Made by a program: the position numbers and the translations under genes. Below, piece after piece: positions 27,718 to 38,680 of a stretch of 64,000 nt of DNA (position 1 is the first letter of the stretch; each line of letters opens with the position of its first letter). Below the pieces are notes generated by a model that saw only the letters and a program-made list of their open reading frames with translations, ran no database searches and was not told where the DNA came from. This DNA comes from a virus. The stretch lies in the IMG/VR virus record IMGVR_UViG_3300035670_000026, positions 85,818-149,817 of that record, one strand, 5' to 3'.

Positions 27718-30320
27718 TGTATCAATCCATCTATTACGATAGAGAGGAATACCAGTACTACTTAAGAGATGATAAGCGAGGTTGGAAGGTATTTAATTAC
27801 CAGCCAACCTGCTATGTTGCTGATCCAGATGGTGAATTGGAAACTCTTGATGGTATTCGTGTATCACCAATCAAAAAGATTGATTGGAAAGATTCTAGAT
27901 TTTATGAAAAAGATGTAGATAAGAACACTCGTGTGTTAGTAGATTTATATCACGAGTCTGATGAAACACCTTCATACCATAATTTAGTTTATCTCGATAT
28001 TGAGTGTGAGATTGCTGGAGCACTTACACCTGAAAATATTAAAGACCCTAAAGGTAAAATTACATCTGTTGCTTTGTACGATAATAATAGTAAAAAATAT
28101 TACTGTTTATTATTAGATGAAGTAGGTAAAATGTCTGAAGCCAAATCTGAAGGTAAAGAGGTGATTCCTTACCCTACAGAAAAAGATTTGCTCAATGGAT
28201 TTCTTGATTTATGGATTAAATTAGATCCTACTATCATTTCAGGATGGAATAGTGAATTCTTTGATATTCCTTATTTGTATTATCGTATTTCTAAAGTATT
28301 AAGTGAAGATATTGCTCAGTATTTATCTCCTATTCGTAAGGTAAAATCTACAGCAATGTTTGATGCGGGGGTAATGACTGATTTTGTAGTTGTAGGTGGT
28401 ATTAATCACTTAGATTACATGAATTTGTTTAAAAAGTTTATTACTAAACAAGAATCAAGTTATGCTTTAGGTAATATCGGAGAAAAATATGTTAAATTAG
28501 GTAAAATTGATTACAAAGGTTCACTCGATAGACTATTCCAGGAAGATATAGAAAAATTTATTGAATATAACCTTCGAGACGTTGAAATTATTGTTGAATT
28601 AGAAAAATCACTTAAATTCATTGAATTAACAGTTACAATTGCTCATTTGTGTCATACAACTTATGAATCAATCTATTATTCAACTGTGTTAAATGATGGA
28701 GCTATTTTAACTTATCTAAAACGTAAAGGTATTGTATCTCCTAATAAACCAACCACATATAATCCTGCACTTAAAGAAATTAAGGAAGAATATGCTGGGG
28801 GTTATTTAAAAGATCCAGTACCTGGTTTGTATGAATGGGTTATTGACCTCGATTTTACTTCGTTGTATCCCTCAATCATTCGCTCACTTAATATGGGTAT
28901 TGAAACACTAGTAGGACGCGTTGTAAACCGAGATAAATTTGATAATCAATGGTCTTTACGTGAACTTAAGGCAATGGATCCTAATAAAATTATCGAAATT
29001 GAAAAAGTTAAAAAAGATAGATCATTGGTTCGTTCTGAAGTAAAAGTAAAAGACATTATAGAACTTATTAAAGAAGGAAATTTACTAATTTCAGCTCCTG
29101 GAGTAATATTCCGTAAAGATAAATCAAGTGTTGTGTGTGAAATTCTAGCAGACTGGTTTGCTAAACGTCAAGAATATAAGGCGTTGATGAAAAAAGCATA
29201 TAAAATCGACAACGACCCTGTTATGGGAGAGTTTTATAATAAACGTCAACACGCGTATAAGATTAAATTAAATGATGTTTACGGGGTATTTGCTATCAAT
29301 GGTTGGAGATACACTGATGGACATAAATTTATTAGTAAAGCTATTACTCTTACTGGTCAAAGATTAACTCAAGAGTCTATTAAGTTTGTTAATAAATGGA
29401 TGAATGAAGAATTAGGTACTAAAGATAAAGATTACATTGTTACATCAGATACCGATTCACTGTTTATTCAAACTAAAGAACTAATATTACAACGTAATCC
29501 TGAATTAGCAGATGGTACACAAGATGAAATTGTAAAAGCAGTACTTAAAGTTGCTACCGAAATTCAAAAATTAGCAAATGATCATTTACATGTTTTAGTA
29601 CAAGAGTTATTTAATGTTAAATATCCTGATGAACCACATTATTTTGAGTTAAAACAGGAGGTTGTACTTGATAGAGGTTATTTTGCGGGTAAACGTAGAT
29701 ATGCAATGCATATTGTAAATAAAGAAGGTGTACCAACAGATGAACTAGATATGAAGGGTTTAGATTTGATGAAATCAAATTTTCCTCCACTATTTAGAAA
29801 GTTTGGTGAACATATTTTAAATGAAATTATGTTCGGTACTTCTAAAGCTAGTATTGATAAGCAAGTCCTTGAATTTAGAGAATCACTTAGAACAGTAGGT
29901 TGGGAACAAATTTTAAAACCTACAGGATTAAAGAAAATGAGTGAATATATCGCTTCAGGTCCTACAGCTGGTGAAATATTTAGTAAATTAGGTTTAAAAT
30001 GTCCTATTAATACTAAAGCAGCAATTTATTACAATGATTTATTGCGTTTTAAAGGATTAGATAAAAAACATCCAACTTTTCAAATAGGAGATAAAATGTA
30101 TATTGGATACCTGAAAGAAAATCCGTATCGTATCGATGTGATTGGTTTTAACGGATATAATGATCCTCCAGAAATTATGGAATTCATAGAAAAATATATT
30201 GACAGAGATGGATTATTTGATTCAGTTATGAAAAATAAATTAGAAGGCATTTATAAAGATCTTAAATGGGGTATGCCTGTACTTAATAAAAAAGTTAATA
30301 AATTCTTTACATTCGAATAA
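27717..30320 (+). CDS. Family B DNA polymerase (T4 gp43-like)
   Basis: Exo DIE, WNSEFFD and YNLRD; DFTSLYPS; KIKLNDVYG; SDTDS; KRRY. Confidence 0.95.
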   Translation: MYQSIYYDREEYQYYLRDDKRGWKVFNYQPTCYVADPDGELETLDGIRVSPIKKIDWKDSRFYEKDVDKNTRVLVDLYHESDETPSYHNLVYLDIECEIAGALTPENIKDPKGKITSVALYDNNSKKYYCLLLDEVGKMSEAKSEGKEVIPYPTEKDLLNGFLDLWIKLDPTIISGWNSEFFDIPYLYYRISKVLSEDIAQYLSPIRKVKSTAMFDAGVMTDFVVVGGINHLDYMNLFKKFITKQESSYALGNIGEKYVKLGKIDYKGSLDRLFQEDIEKFIEYNLRDVEIIVELEKSLKFIELTVTIAHLCHTTYESIYYSTVLNDGAILTYLKRKGIVSPNKPTTYNPALKEIKEEYAGGYLKDPVPGLYEWVIDLDFTSLYPSIIRSLNMGIETLVGRVVNRDKFDNQWSLRELKAMDPNKIIEIEKVKKDRSLVRSEVKVKDIIELIKEGNLLISAPGVIFRKDKSSVVCEILADWFAKRQEYKALMKKAYKIDNDPVMGEFYNKRQHAYKIKLNDVYGVFAINGWRYTDGHKFISKAITLTGQRLTQESIKFVNKWMNEELGTKDKDYIVTSDTDSLFIQTKELILQRNPELADGTQDEIVKAVLKVATEIQKLANDHLHVLVQELFNVKYPDEPHYFELKQEVVLDRGYFAGKRRYAMHIVNKEGVPTDELDMKGLDLMKSNFPPLFRKFGEHILNEIMFGTSKASIDKQVLEFRESLRTVGWEQILKPTGLKKMSEYIASGPTAGEIFSKLGLKCPINTKAAIYYNDLLRFKGLDKKHPTFQIGDKMYIGYLKENPYRIDVIGFNGYNDPPEIMEFIEKYIDRDGLFDSVMKNKLEGIYKDLKWGMPVLNKKVNKFFTFE

Positions 30321-30323
30321 GTT

Positions 30324-31064
30324 ATGATTAATAAATTAGACCTTACATCAGTTATTTCAAAATATTACCTAAATGGTATGGTTGAAGCTGTTAAATGGGA
30401 TATTCAAGATGAAAATATGGTTATTAAATTTAATGCACCAACTAAAGAAATGATTGGTCGTGTTGAATTTAAAGGTATGCCTCTTGAAGATTCAACTATT
30501 GCAATCAGCAATACTACTCAATTGAATAAATTAATTGGTATTACAAATGGTTATTTAGACTTAAAATATGAAAAAATTAATAAGTATATTACCAAATTAA
30601 TCATTGCTGATAATCAGTTTACACTTAATTATGCTCTAGCAGATGCTATGATTATTCCTAAAGCTGGAGAAATAACAGGTGAAATGTCCTGGAATATTGA
30701 AGCTCCACTTGATAATGAAAGTATTAATGCTATTGTAAAAGCTAAAGGAGCATTAGCTGAAAGCGAAACCGTAGTTATTAAACCATTTGAAAATGCAGAT
30801 GGTGAATTTCAAATTGAAATGCAGTTTGGTGGTAACGTAGAACATGCTAATAAAGTTTCATTTTACATTCCAGGTGCTGAAACAACTGATTTACCAGATG
30901 ACTTTAAAGAACATTATAATTCAAATATGATTAAAGAAATCATGTATTGTAATAAAGATATGGCTGGAGGTAATATTAGTATTAACTTAGAAGGCATTAT
31001 GAAGTTAGAATTTGAAAACGAGAATTTAAAAAGTACTTATTACCTTGTGTCAAAAGAAATCTAA
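30324..31064 (+). CDS. Sliding clamp (gp45/PCNA-like)
   Basis: 246 aa beta-rich protein after PolB, ending G.MKLEF..STYYLV; clamp loader nearby. Confidence 0.7.
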   Translation: MINKLDLTSVISKYYLNGMVEAVKWDIQDENMVIKFNAPTKEMIGRVEFKGMPLEDSTIAISNTTQLNKLIGITNGYLDLKYEKINKYITKLIIADNQFTLNYALADAMIIPKAGEITGEMSWNIEAPLDNESINAIVKAKGALAESETVVIKPFENADGEFQIEMQFGGNVEHANKVSFYIPGAETTDLPDDFKEHYNSNMIKEIMYCNKDMAGGNISINLEGIMKLEFENENLKSTYYLVSKEI

Positions 31065-31441
31065 TGAAAAAACCAGACAATGTATCAGATAACCCAGGAC
31101 TTTTACCTTATGCTAGTAATATAGGAGCACCTGCTATTCGCCCAGATAATATTGATGATTGGAAGCTTAGAGGAGTAAATAAGGTAAACAAACAACTCGA
31201 AACTAAATTTTTAGAATTAAAAGAAGAATACTTAAAATTAGTAGAAGAATATAAATGGAATGAATTAGTTTATCAAGCTAAATTTGCATATGAACCTATA
31301 ATTGGTGGAGTATATCACTTGTATGTTGGTAGAGATGGAAATCCTTTTTTATCTTTAATAGCACCAAATGAATGGAATATGGAATATATTGGTTCTTTTA
31401 AACTAAATAGTGAACAAAAATGGATCAAAATTGAATTTTGA
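31064..31441 (+). CDS. DUF2452-like protein
   Basis: LLPYASNIGAPAI...YEPIIG..YHLY...LSLIAP.EW pattern, a family I recall from Bacteroidota. Confidence 0.65.
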   Translation: MKKPDNVSDNPGLLPYASNIGAPAIRPDNIDDWKLRGVNKVNKQLETKFLELKEEYLKLVEEYKWNELVYQAKFAYEPIIGGVYHLYVGRDGNPFLSLIAPNEWNMEYIGSFKLNSEQKWIKIEF

Positions 31442-31456
31442 TATATGTATAATAGA

Positions 31457-31517
31457 CAAAACCACAACTTTAGGGAGCAAGTTTTGTTAATGTTTAACCC
31501 GCTGATCTTCGGACAGC
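31457..31517 (+). promoter_or_regulatory. Structured hsp20 5' leader
   Basis: GCTG-A-TC-TTCG-GA-CAGC UUCG hairpin at 31501-31517; 31468-31478 is complementary to the 3' flank at 31960-31970. Confidence 0.6.
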
Positions 31518-31533
31518 ATAAATTTAAAATGAT

Positions 31534-31953
31534 ATGAGTACATTATTTAGAGAAAATTACATTTCACCTTTTGATCTCTTGTTTAGAGATTTTTTCAAGT
31601 CTGAATTAGACTTCCAACCAGCTGCACAAGCTAAAATTACCCACCCCGTAGATATTTTTGAAACCCAACATGGACTTCATTTTGAAGTTGCTTGTACTGG
31701 TCTTTCTAAAGACGATGTTGAAATCAATATCGAAGGGGACATCCTTAGAATTTCTTATAATAAAGAAACTGGGGAATATGTTGAACGTAATTACATCCAT
31801 AAAGGTGTAGCTAAGCGTTCATTTAATTTAGGTTATAAAATCGCTTCTAAATTTGATTTATTAAAATCAGAGGCAATGATGGAAAATGGATTACTCGCAA
31901 TTCGAATCCCATTTGCTGAAGAAGCAAAACCAAAATCCCTTAAAATAAAATAA
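31534..31953 (+). CDS. Small heat shock protein Hsp20/IbpA-like
   Basis: PVDI.E, G.SKDDV.I, HKGVAKRSF and A.MENGLL.I.IP motifs. Confidence 0.92.
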   Translation: MSTLFRENYISPFDLLFRDFFKSELDFQPAAQAKITHPVDIFETQHGLHFEVACTGLSKDDVEINIEGDILRISYNKETGEYVERNYIHKGVAKRSFNLGYKIASKFDLLKSEAMMENGLLAIRIPFAEEAKPKSLKIK

Positions 31954-31970
31954 TAAAAAGCTCCCTAAAG

Positions 31971-32000
31971 CTTGGTTTTGTTAAAAAAAGTTCGTATATT
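31971..32000 (+). promoter_or_regulatory. Host-type promoter
   Basis: CTTGG-N15-TTCGTATATT. Confidence 0.75.
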
Positions 32001-32019
32001 AACGGAAATAAAAAAAGTT

Positions 32020-32337
32020 ATGGACAAAAAAGAAGAATTTTCATCTCTCACAGTTATTCGAGATCCCAAAATTGAACCTTATTTTATAGGCAAGGATTCC
32101 TACTGCTACACTGTTTACCAAACAATCACCCCAGACACCAAATATACTGAGGGTAATAAACCTGGTAAGGATTATACTAAAGCATTAGGTCATTACAGTA
32201 GTTTTGGAAGTTGTCTTAAATCAATTGCTAAGAATAAAGTAGATGATAAGAAAAATTATAATTCTATTCAAGAATATATTGAAATGTTTAATCAAGTAAC
32301 AAAAGAAATTGAAAAATTAACTAACGTTGGAATTTAA
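32020..32337 (+). CDS. Hypothetical protein
   Basis: Start at ATG 32020 (AAGTTATG) after the promoter. Confidence 0.65.
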   Translation: MDKKEEFSSLTVIRDPKIEPYFIGKDSYCYTVYQTITPDTKYTEGNKPGKDYTKALGHYSSFGSCLKSIAKNKVDDKKNYNSIQEYIEMFNQVTKEIEKLTNVGI

Positions 32338-32340
32338 ATT

Positions 32341-32631
32341 ATGGCACTAGAAGCAATTTATAATGCGGTTATTGTAAAACCCATTGAAGCAGAAGAAACC
32401 TCACATGGAGGTATTATCGTTCCCGATTTGGGAAATGAAAAAAACAAACTTGGAGAAGTAGTAGCAGTAGGTGCTGGTTACTGGTCAGTAACTGGAGCTT
32501 ATATTGAAACTGTTCTTAAAGTTGGTGATGTAGTAGTATTACCTACTATGGGATTTAGTAAACTGGAATATGAAGGTGATGAATACTGGATTGGTCCTGA
32601 AAATCAAGTTTTAGCAAAAGTAAATAAATAA
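32341..32631 (+). CDS. groES: Co-chaperonin GroES
   Basis: TSHGGIIVPD mobile loop, GEVVAVGAG and LKVGD.V. Confidence 0.92.
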   Translation: MALEAIYNAVIVKPIEAEETSHGGIIVPDLGNEKNKLGEVVAVGAGYWSVTGAYIETVLKVGDVVVLPTMGFSKLEYEGDEYWIGPENQVLAKVNK

Positions 32632-34245
<1,614 letters not shown>

Positions 34246-34256
34246 ATTTAAGTAAA

Positions 34257-34457
34257 ATGCAAGATGCAGTATCTCTCATAGGAAAATTTATTAAAATTGG
34301 AGATGAAGTATTAGAAATAACAAATGTATATTTTGTTCCTCTAGCAATTTCTCCAAAACACTCCATATATTTTGGTCTTAAACACCCAGGTAAAGGTACT
34401 ATAAATTATTCTTATGAGTCGATACTGCCTTACTTAAATCAACAAATTAAGTTATGA
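34257..34457 (+). CDS. Hypothetical protein
   Basis: 66 aa in operon context. Confidence 0.55.
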   Translation: MQDAVSLIGKFIKIGDEVLEITNVYFVPLAISPKHSIYFGLKHPGKGTINYSYESILPYLNQQIKL

Positions 34458-34714
34458 AAACAGAAATCCAAGAAAAATTAATTGAATTTGCTCAACGTGT
34501 TCCTCCTGGTGATCGTTGGCAAGTAATGCATGTTAAGGCTGTTCAAGATGGTTTAACAGAAGCATTAGAAGCTTATTATCAAGCCGTAGTTATAAAACCT
34601 AAAGCATTTCGTTTAGATTTGGTTGATGGAAAACTTTATGGTATCTTCAACAATGAAGTAGAAATTAAAGAACCAGAACCAAAGAAATATAACATTTATG
34701 GTGAACTCGAGTAA
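34454..34714 (+). CDS. Hypothetical protein
   Basis: 86 aa with R.PPGDRW motif. Confidence 0.6.
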   Translation: MKTEIQEKLIEFAQRVPPGDRWQVMHVKAVQDGLTEALEAYYQAVVIKPKAFRLDLVDGKLYGIFNNEVEIKEPEPKKYNIYGELE

Positions 34715-35636
34715 AAAACAACATACATTATGGGTTGAGAAACATCGTTCAGCAACACTGAATGATTATGTGGGGAATGAAAATATTAAAAAAACTATTC
34801 AACAATACCTAGATCAAAATGACATTCAGCATTTTATTTTCTTTGGCCCAGCTGGCACTGGTAAAACTACTCTTGCTAAGCTCATTGTTAATAATCTTGA
34901 TTGCGATTATCTCTATATTAACGCTTCCGACGAGCGTGGTATTGAAACTATTAGAGATAAAGTACAAGGTTTCGCATCAGTGGCTTCCTTCAAATCACTC
35001 AAAGTTATTATCTTGGATGAAGCAGATTTTCTCACAATCCAAGCGCAAGCATCGCTCCGAAACATAATTGAAACGTTTTCACGCACAACACGTTTTATTT
35101 TAACTTGTAATTTTGTTGAACGTATTATTGATCCTCTTCAATCACGTTGTCAAGTACTTAAAATTGTACCTCCTTCAAAATCTGATATTGCAAAACACGT
35201 TGCTAGTATTTTAGAACAAGAAGAAGTTGAATACGAAATTGATAATTTAAAAATTGTTGTAAATCAGTTTTACCCTGATCTTCGTAAAATGCTTAACACA
35301 CTTCAAATGAGTGTTAAGGATAACAAGATTGTAATTGATAAATCAATACTTGTTTCAAATAGTTATATAAATCAGGTATTGAAAGAATTACAACAAAAAT
35401 CACCTAACTGGAGAAATATTCGACAAATTATTGCTGATTCAAATTCTAGCGATTTTGACGAGTTATATAAGTTTTTATACGATTCAGCAAGTGAATTCGC
35501 CCCAGGTAATGAAGGTATGGTAGCTATTTATATAAACGAATATTCTTATCAATCACAATTTCGTATTGATAAAGAAATCAATTGTATGGCTTTGATTTCA
35601 CGTTTGATTGAATTAGCTAAACCTAAATTACTATGA
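34698..35636 (+). CDS. Clamp loader AAA+ subunit (gp44/RFC-like)
   Basis: WVEKHR, GPAGTGKTT, NASDERG, LDEAD and SRC motifs. Confidence 0.93.
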   Translation: MVNSSKKQHTLWVEKHRSATLNDYVGNENIKKTIQQYLDQNDIQHFIFFGPAGTGKTTLAKLIVNNLDCDYLYINASDERGIETIRDKVQGFASVASFKSLKVIILDEADFLTIQAQASLRNIIETFSRTTRFILTCNFVERIIDPLQSRCQVLKIVPPSKSDIAKHVASILEQEEVEYEIDNLKIVVNQFYPDLRKMLNTLQMSVKDNKIVIDKSILVSNSYINQVLKELQQKSPNWRNIRQIIADSNSSDFDELYKFLYDSASEFAPGNEGMVAIYINEYSYQSQFRIDKEINCMALISRLIELAKPKLL

Positions 35637-36037
35637 TGACTCTTCTAGCAACACATCCCGTTAAAAAATCTGACTTAGGTTTTCACGGAAATTTATTTGG
35701 AGGAAAATTAATGGCTTGGATTGATGCTGCAGCTGCTGCTTATGCAATGGAAGTTTGTCATAATCGTAGAATGGTTACAATTTCAATTGAGCAATGCATC
35801 TTTAAAAAACCAGCTAAAGAAGGATCGTTAGTTAAAATTTATGGTGAAGTAACAAAAATAGGAAACACTTCAATTGCTTTAAATCTTGAAGCTAGATCAT
35901 ATAATGTATACACATCTGAAGAATTAGTAGTTTTACATACAGGAATTACATTTGTTAGAATAGATGAAGATGGATCCCCAATTCCTATTTCAGAACAAGT
36001 AAAAAATAAATATAAAATTCCAACATCAAAGTTATGA
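35633..36037 (+). CDS. Acyl-CoA thioesterase (HotDog fold, YciA-like)
   Basis: HGNLFGGKLMAWID, F.KP..EG, GNTSI and TFVRID. Confidence 0.85.
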   Translation: MMTLLATHPVKKSDLGFHGNLFGGKLMAWIDAAAAAYAMEVCHNRRMVTISIEQCIFKKPAKEGSLVKIYGEVTKIGNTSIALNLEARSYNVYTSEELVVLHTGITFVRIDEDGSPIPISEQVKNKYKIPTSKL

Positions 36038-36246
36038 AACATTTTATAGTATATCTTTTAACTTGGATATCCAGTAACTTGTCCGTACCTTTTTGGATGA
36101 TAGGACATGTTCATTTAACTATGAATGTATACCAAGACATACATGAAATCCTTATGTCATTTGGTATGAATATTATTGTAGCAATAGGATTTTACTTAGA
36201 TTATAAAAAATATAAAAATGAGCAAACAACAACAAATGAATCTTAA
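36034..36246 (+). CDS. Small membrane protein
   Basis: 70 aa with two hydrophobic segments. Confidence 0.55.
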   Translation: MKHFIVYLLTWISSNLSVPFWMIGHVHLTMNVYQDIHEILMSFGMNIIVAIGFYLDYKKYKNEQTTTNES

Positions 36247-36463
36247 TATTGATATTAAGAACACTCGCCCTGTATTGTCACCTGAAGGCAATGCTGTATT
36301 TCAAGAAGGTGTAATCCTTCGTAAAGTATCTCGTTTTGTAACTGGTACTTCTGAAGATGGAATTATCCCAGTACCATGTTTCTTTGATGTAGTTACAGGT
36401 AAAGTATTAGTAGAATTGCTTCCTAAGGAATTAAGAGAAGAATTTGAAAATGACAATATTTGA
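36218..36463 (+). CDS. Hypothetical protein
   Basis: 81 aa; F.EGVILRKVS...IPVP.F...G...LP.ELR. Confidence 0.65.
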   Translation: MSKQQQMNLNIDIKNTRPVLSPEGNAVFQEGVILRKVSRFVTGTSEDGIIPVPCFFDVVTGKVLVELLPKELREEFENDNI

Positions 36464-36872
36464 TTGGTTAAATCAAATCACCTACGATAAAAAATCTTGG
36501 GAAGATTTCACAGAAGATCAACAAGAATCGTTCAATTCTTACATGGTTCATAGATTTTTAAGTATGTATGAGGGATATATTGATATAACAAATGTCGTCC
36601 AAAAATTCCCTCTTACTGAAAAAAAATTAATTTATAACACTTATCGCTCCATGATTCCCAAGAAAAAAATCTTCCTTAAGTATGTAAAAAATCAAAAGAA
36701 AAACACTTACGATAACCTATTAAAATATGTAGCTGACTATTATCAATGTAGTCTAGGAGAAGCAGAAGAATATATTGATATTATTCGTGAAGCTGGTGTA
36801 AGAGGTATACTTTGGGAAATGGGAATAAACGAAAAAGAAACTGAAAAATTAATTAAACAAGCAAAGTTATGA
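36444..36872 (+). CDS. Clamp loader small subunit (gp62-like)
   Basis: FDWLN.I...K, FNSYMVHRFLS and YY.CS..EA.EY pattern; near the gp44-like gene. Confidence 0.7.
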   Translation: MKMTIFDWLNQITYDKKSWEDFTEDQQESFNSYMVHRFLSMYEGYIDITNVVQKFPLTEKKLIYNTYRSMIPKKKIFLKYVKNQKKNTYDNLLKYVADYYQCSLGEAEEYIDIIREAGVRGILWEMGINEKETEKLIKQAKL

Positions 36873-37093
36873 ATATGAGAAATACAATCCTATCAGCAGT
36901 ATACAAACATGCTGAAGGACACATCGCAAAACACAAAGCGAATATTGAAGTTTATCTCCACCAACCAGTTGGAATCGGAGAACATTCAGATATTATTGAA
37001 GCAATAGAAATTGAACTTAAAGCTATTGCTGAATATCAAGATCAGATTGAAATTTTAAATTTATATTTTCCATTAGACAAAAAAATTATTTAA
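36869..37093 (+). CDS. Hypothetical protein
   Basis: H.ANIEVYL..PVGIGEH.D motif, common in T4-like phages. Confidence 0.65.
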   Translation: MNMRNTILSAVYKHAEGHIAKHKANIEVYLHQPVGIGEHSDIIEAIEIELKAIAEYQDQIEILNLYFPLDKKII

Positions 37094-37096
37094 GTT

Positions 37097-37471
37097 ATGA
37101 CTACTAAAAAAGATCACGATCACACAGGAGGCAGTAAAGCTGTTGCTGATTTTGAAAAAACATACCCAACACTAGCACAAGCTTGGAAAGAAACCCAAGA
37201 TGAACAATATATTTTGTTTGCTAGAAAAATGATGGATTATGGACTTTCAAATATTGCTTTAGGTACAAATCTAGAAGAACCAGAAGATATTGAGTTATCT
37301 CTAACAGGGATTTGGCTTCGTGTTAATGATAAAATCAATCGTTTAAAAAATTTACTAAAACGTAAAGGAAAAAATTACGTTGAAGATGAACCAATGATTG
37401 ATAGCTTTCTTGATATTGCTAATTATGGTATTATTGCTATGTTAGTAATGAAAGGTAAGTGGAAAAAATAA
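37097..37471 (+). CDS. Nucleotide-modification-associated domain protein (DUF1599/Nmad1-like)
   Basis: K..DYG, R..DK..RL and E...D...DIANY.I motifs. Confidence 0.7.
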   Translation: MTTKKDHDHTGGSKAVADFEKTYPTLAQAWKETQDEQYILFARKMMDYGLSNIALGTNLEEPEDIELSLTGIWLRVNDKINRLKNLLKRKGKNYVEDEPMIDSFLDIANYGIIAMLVMKGKWKK

Positions 37472-37475
37472 AGTT

Positions 37476-38429
37476 TTGGCTAAAAAGAAAAAAGTCCCTC
37501 AAATTGTAAAGCAGATTAAGAATCAACCTTTACGAGAAATGAATTATGCCTTTGAAAAGGCGATTTCATATAGCCAATTTTCTGTATTTCAATCGTGTCC
37601 ACGTAAATGGGCTTTACAATATAGAGATGGTTTTTACACGTCTGAATCATCAATTCACATGACTTTCGGTACGGCATTACACGAAACTTTACAACATTAT
37701 ATAACAACTATATACGAAGTTAGTGGTGCTGCTGCTGATAGAATTGATTTAAAAGAATATTTTGAAGAACGATTTAGAGAAACTTATCTAAAAGATTACA
37801 AATCTAATAAAAATACCCACTTTAGCAATTCAGTCGAAATGAATGAATTTTTTGAAGATGGATTAGCTATTTTAGATTTTGTAAAGAAAAAACGAAGCGG
37901 TTATTTTGGTAAAAGAGGTTGGCACTTAGTAGGATGTGAATTACCACTTGTAGTTACTCCAAATCCTAAATATTCAAATATTTTATATAAAGGTTATTTA
38001 GATGTTGTTTTATACAATGAAACTCTAAATAAAATAAAAATTCTAGATATTAAAACCTCAACTAGAGGATGGACTGATAAAGAAAAAAAAGATGAAATAA
38101 AACAATTTCAACTTGTTCTTTATAAAAAATTCTTTAGCCAACAATTTAACATTCCCATTGAAGATATTGATGTAGAGTTCTTTATTGTACGAAGAAAAAT
38201 TTGGGAAAACTCAGAATTTAATATTGGTAGGATACAAGAATTTAAACCAGCTTCAGGTAAAGTAAAATTAAACAAAGCATATAATGCTATTAATGAGTTT
38301 ATAGGAGAAGCATTTAATACAGACGGTTCTCACAATTCTAGAAACCATCAACCACAACCCTCAGCTTATAATTGTAGATTTTGTCCTTTTAAAGATAATA
38401 AAGAACTTTGTGATAAAGAAGTGTTTTAG
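37476..38429 (+). CDS. PD-(D/E)XK (Cas4/RecB-like) exonuclease
   Basis: SYSQ..CP, FGTALH, GYLD, DIKTS, QL.LY and CRFCPF..C; TTG start. Confidence 0.85.
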   Translation: MAKKKKVPQIVKQIKNQPLREMNYAFEKAISYSQFSVFQSCPRKWALQYRDGFYTSESSIHMTFGTALHETLQHYITTIYEVSGAAADRIDLKEYFEERFRETYLKDYKSNKNTHFSNSVEMNEFFEDGLAILDFVKKKRSGYFGKRGWHLVGCELPLVVTPNPKYSNILYKGYLDVVLYNETLNKIKILDIKTSTRGWTDKEKKDEIKQFQLVLYKKFFSQQFNIPIEDIDVEFFIVRRKIWENSEFNIGRIQEFKPASGKVKLNKAYNAINEFIGEAFNTDGSHNSRNHQPQPSAYNCRFCPFKDNKELCDKEVF

Positions 38430-38474
38430 AAGAATCCTAATATATTTATATACGATAATTAATTAATAAAAGCT

Positions 38475-38660
38475 ATGGAAAAAAAAGATATGACGTTAAC
38501 AAGCGTAAAAGTTAAAAGCGACTTGTTTGACAACTTTAAAATTGCTTGTGTTAAGTATAAATTTTCTCTACAAAAACTTGCTGATCGCACTATTCATTTG
38601 TATCTTACTGATGAAGATTTTAGAAAAAAAGTACACAACCACAACAATTTAGACATTTAA
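38475..38660 (+). CDS. Small ribbon-helix-helix-like DNA-binding protein
   Basis: LTSVKV strand followed by two helices; ATATTTATA at 38442. Confidence 0.5.
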   Translation: MEKKDMTLTSVKVKSDLFDNFKIACVKYKFSLQKLADRTIHLYLTDEDFRKKVHNHNNLDI

Positions 38661-38680
38661 TAAAAATTTAAAAAAGTTAT

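Noticed and set aside
28880-29110. Intein in PolB after motif A
   Set aside because: The insert is short, lacks splicing motifs and falls in a normally variable region.
37476-38429. Cas4 as evidence of a CRISPR system
   Set aside because: Stand-alone PD-(D/E)XK nucleases are common in phages; no cas1/cas2 or array was seen.
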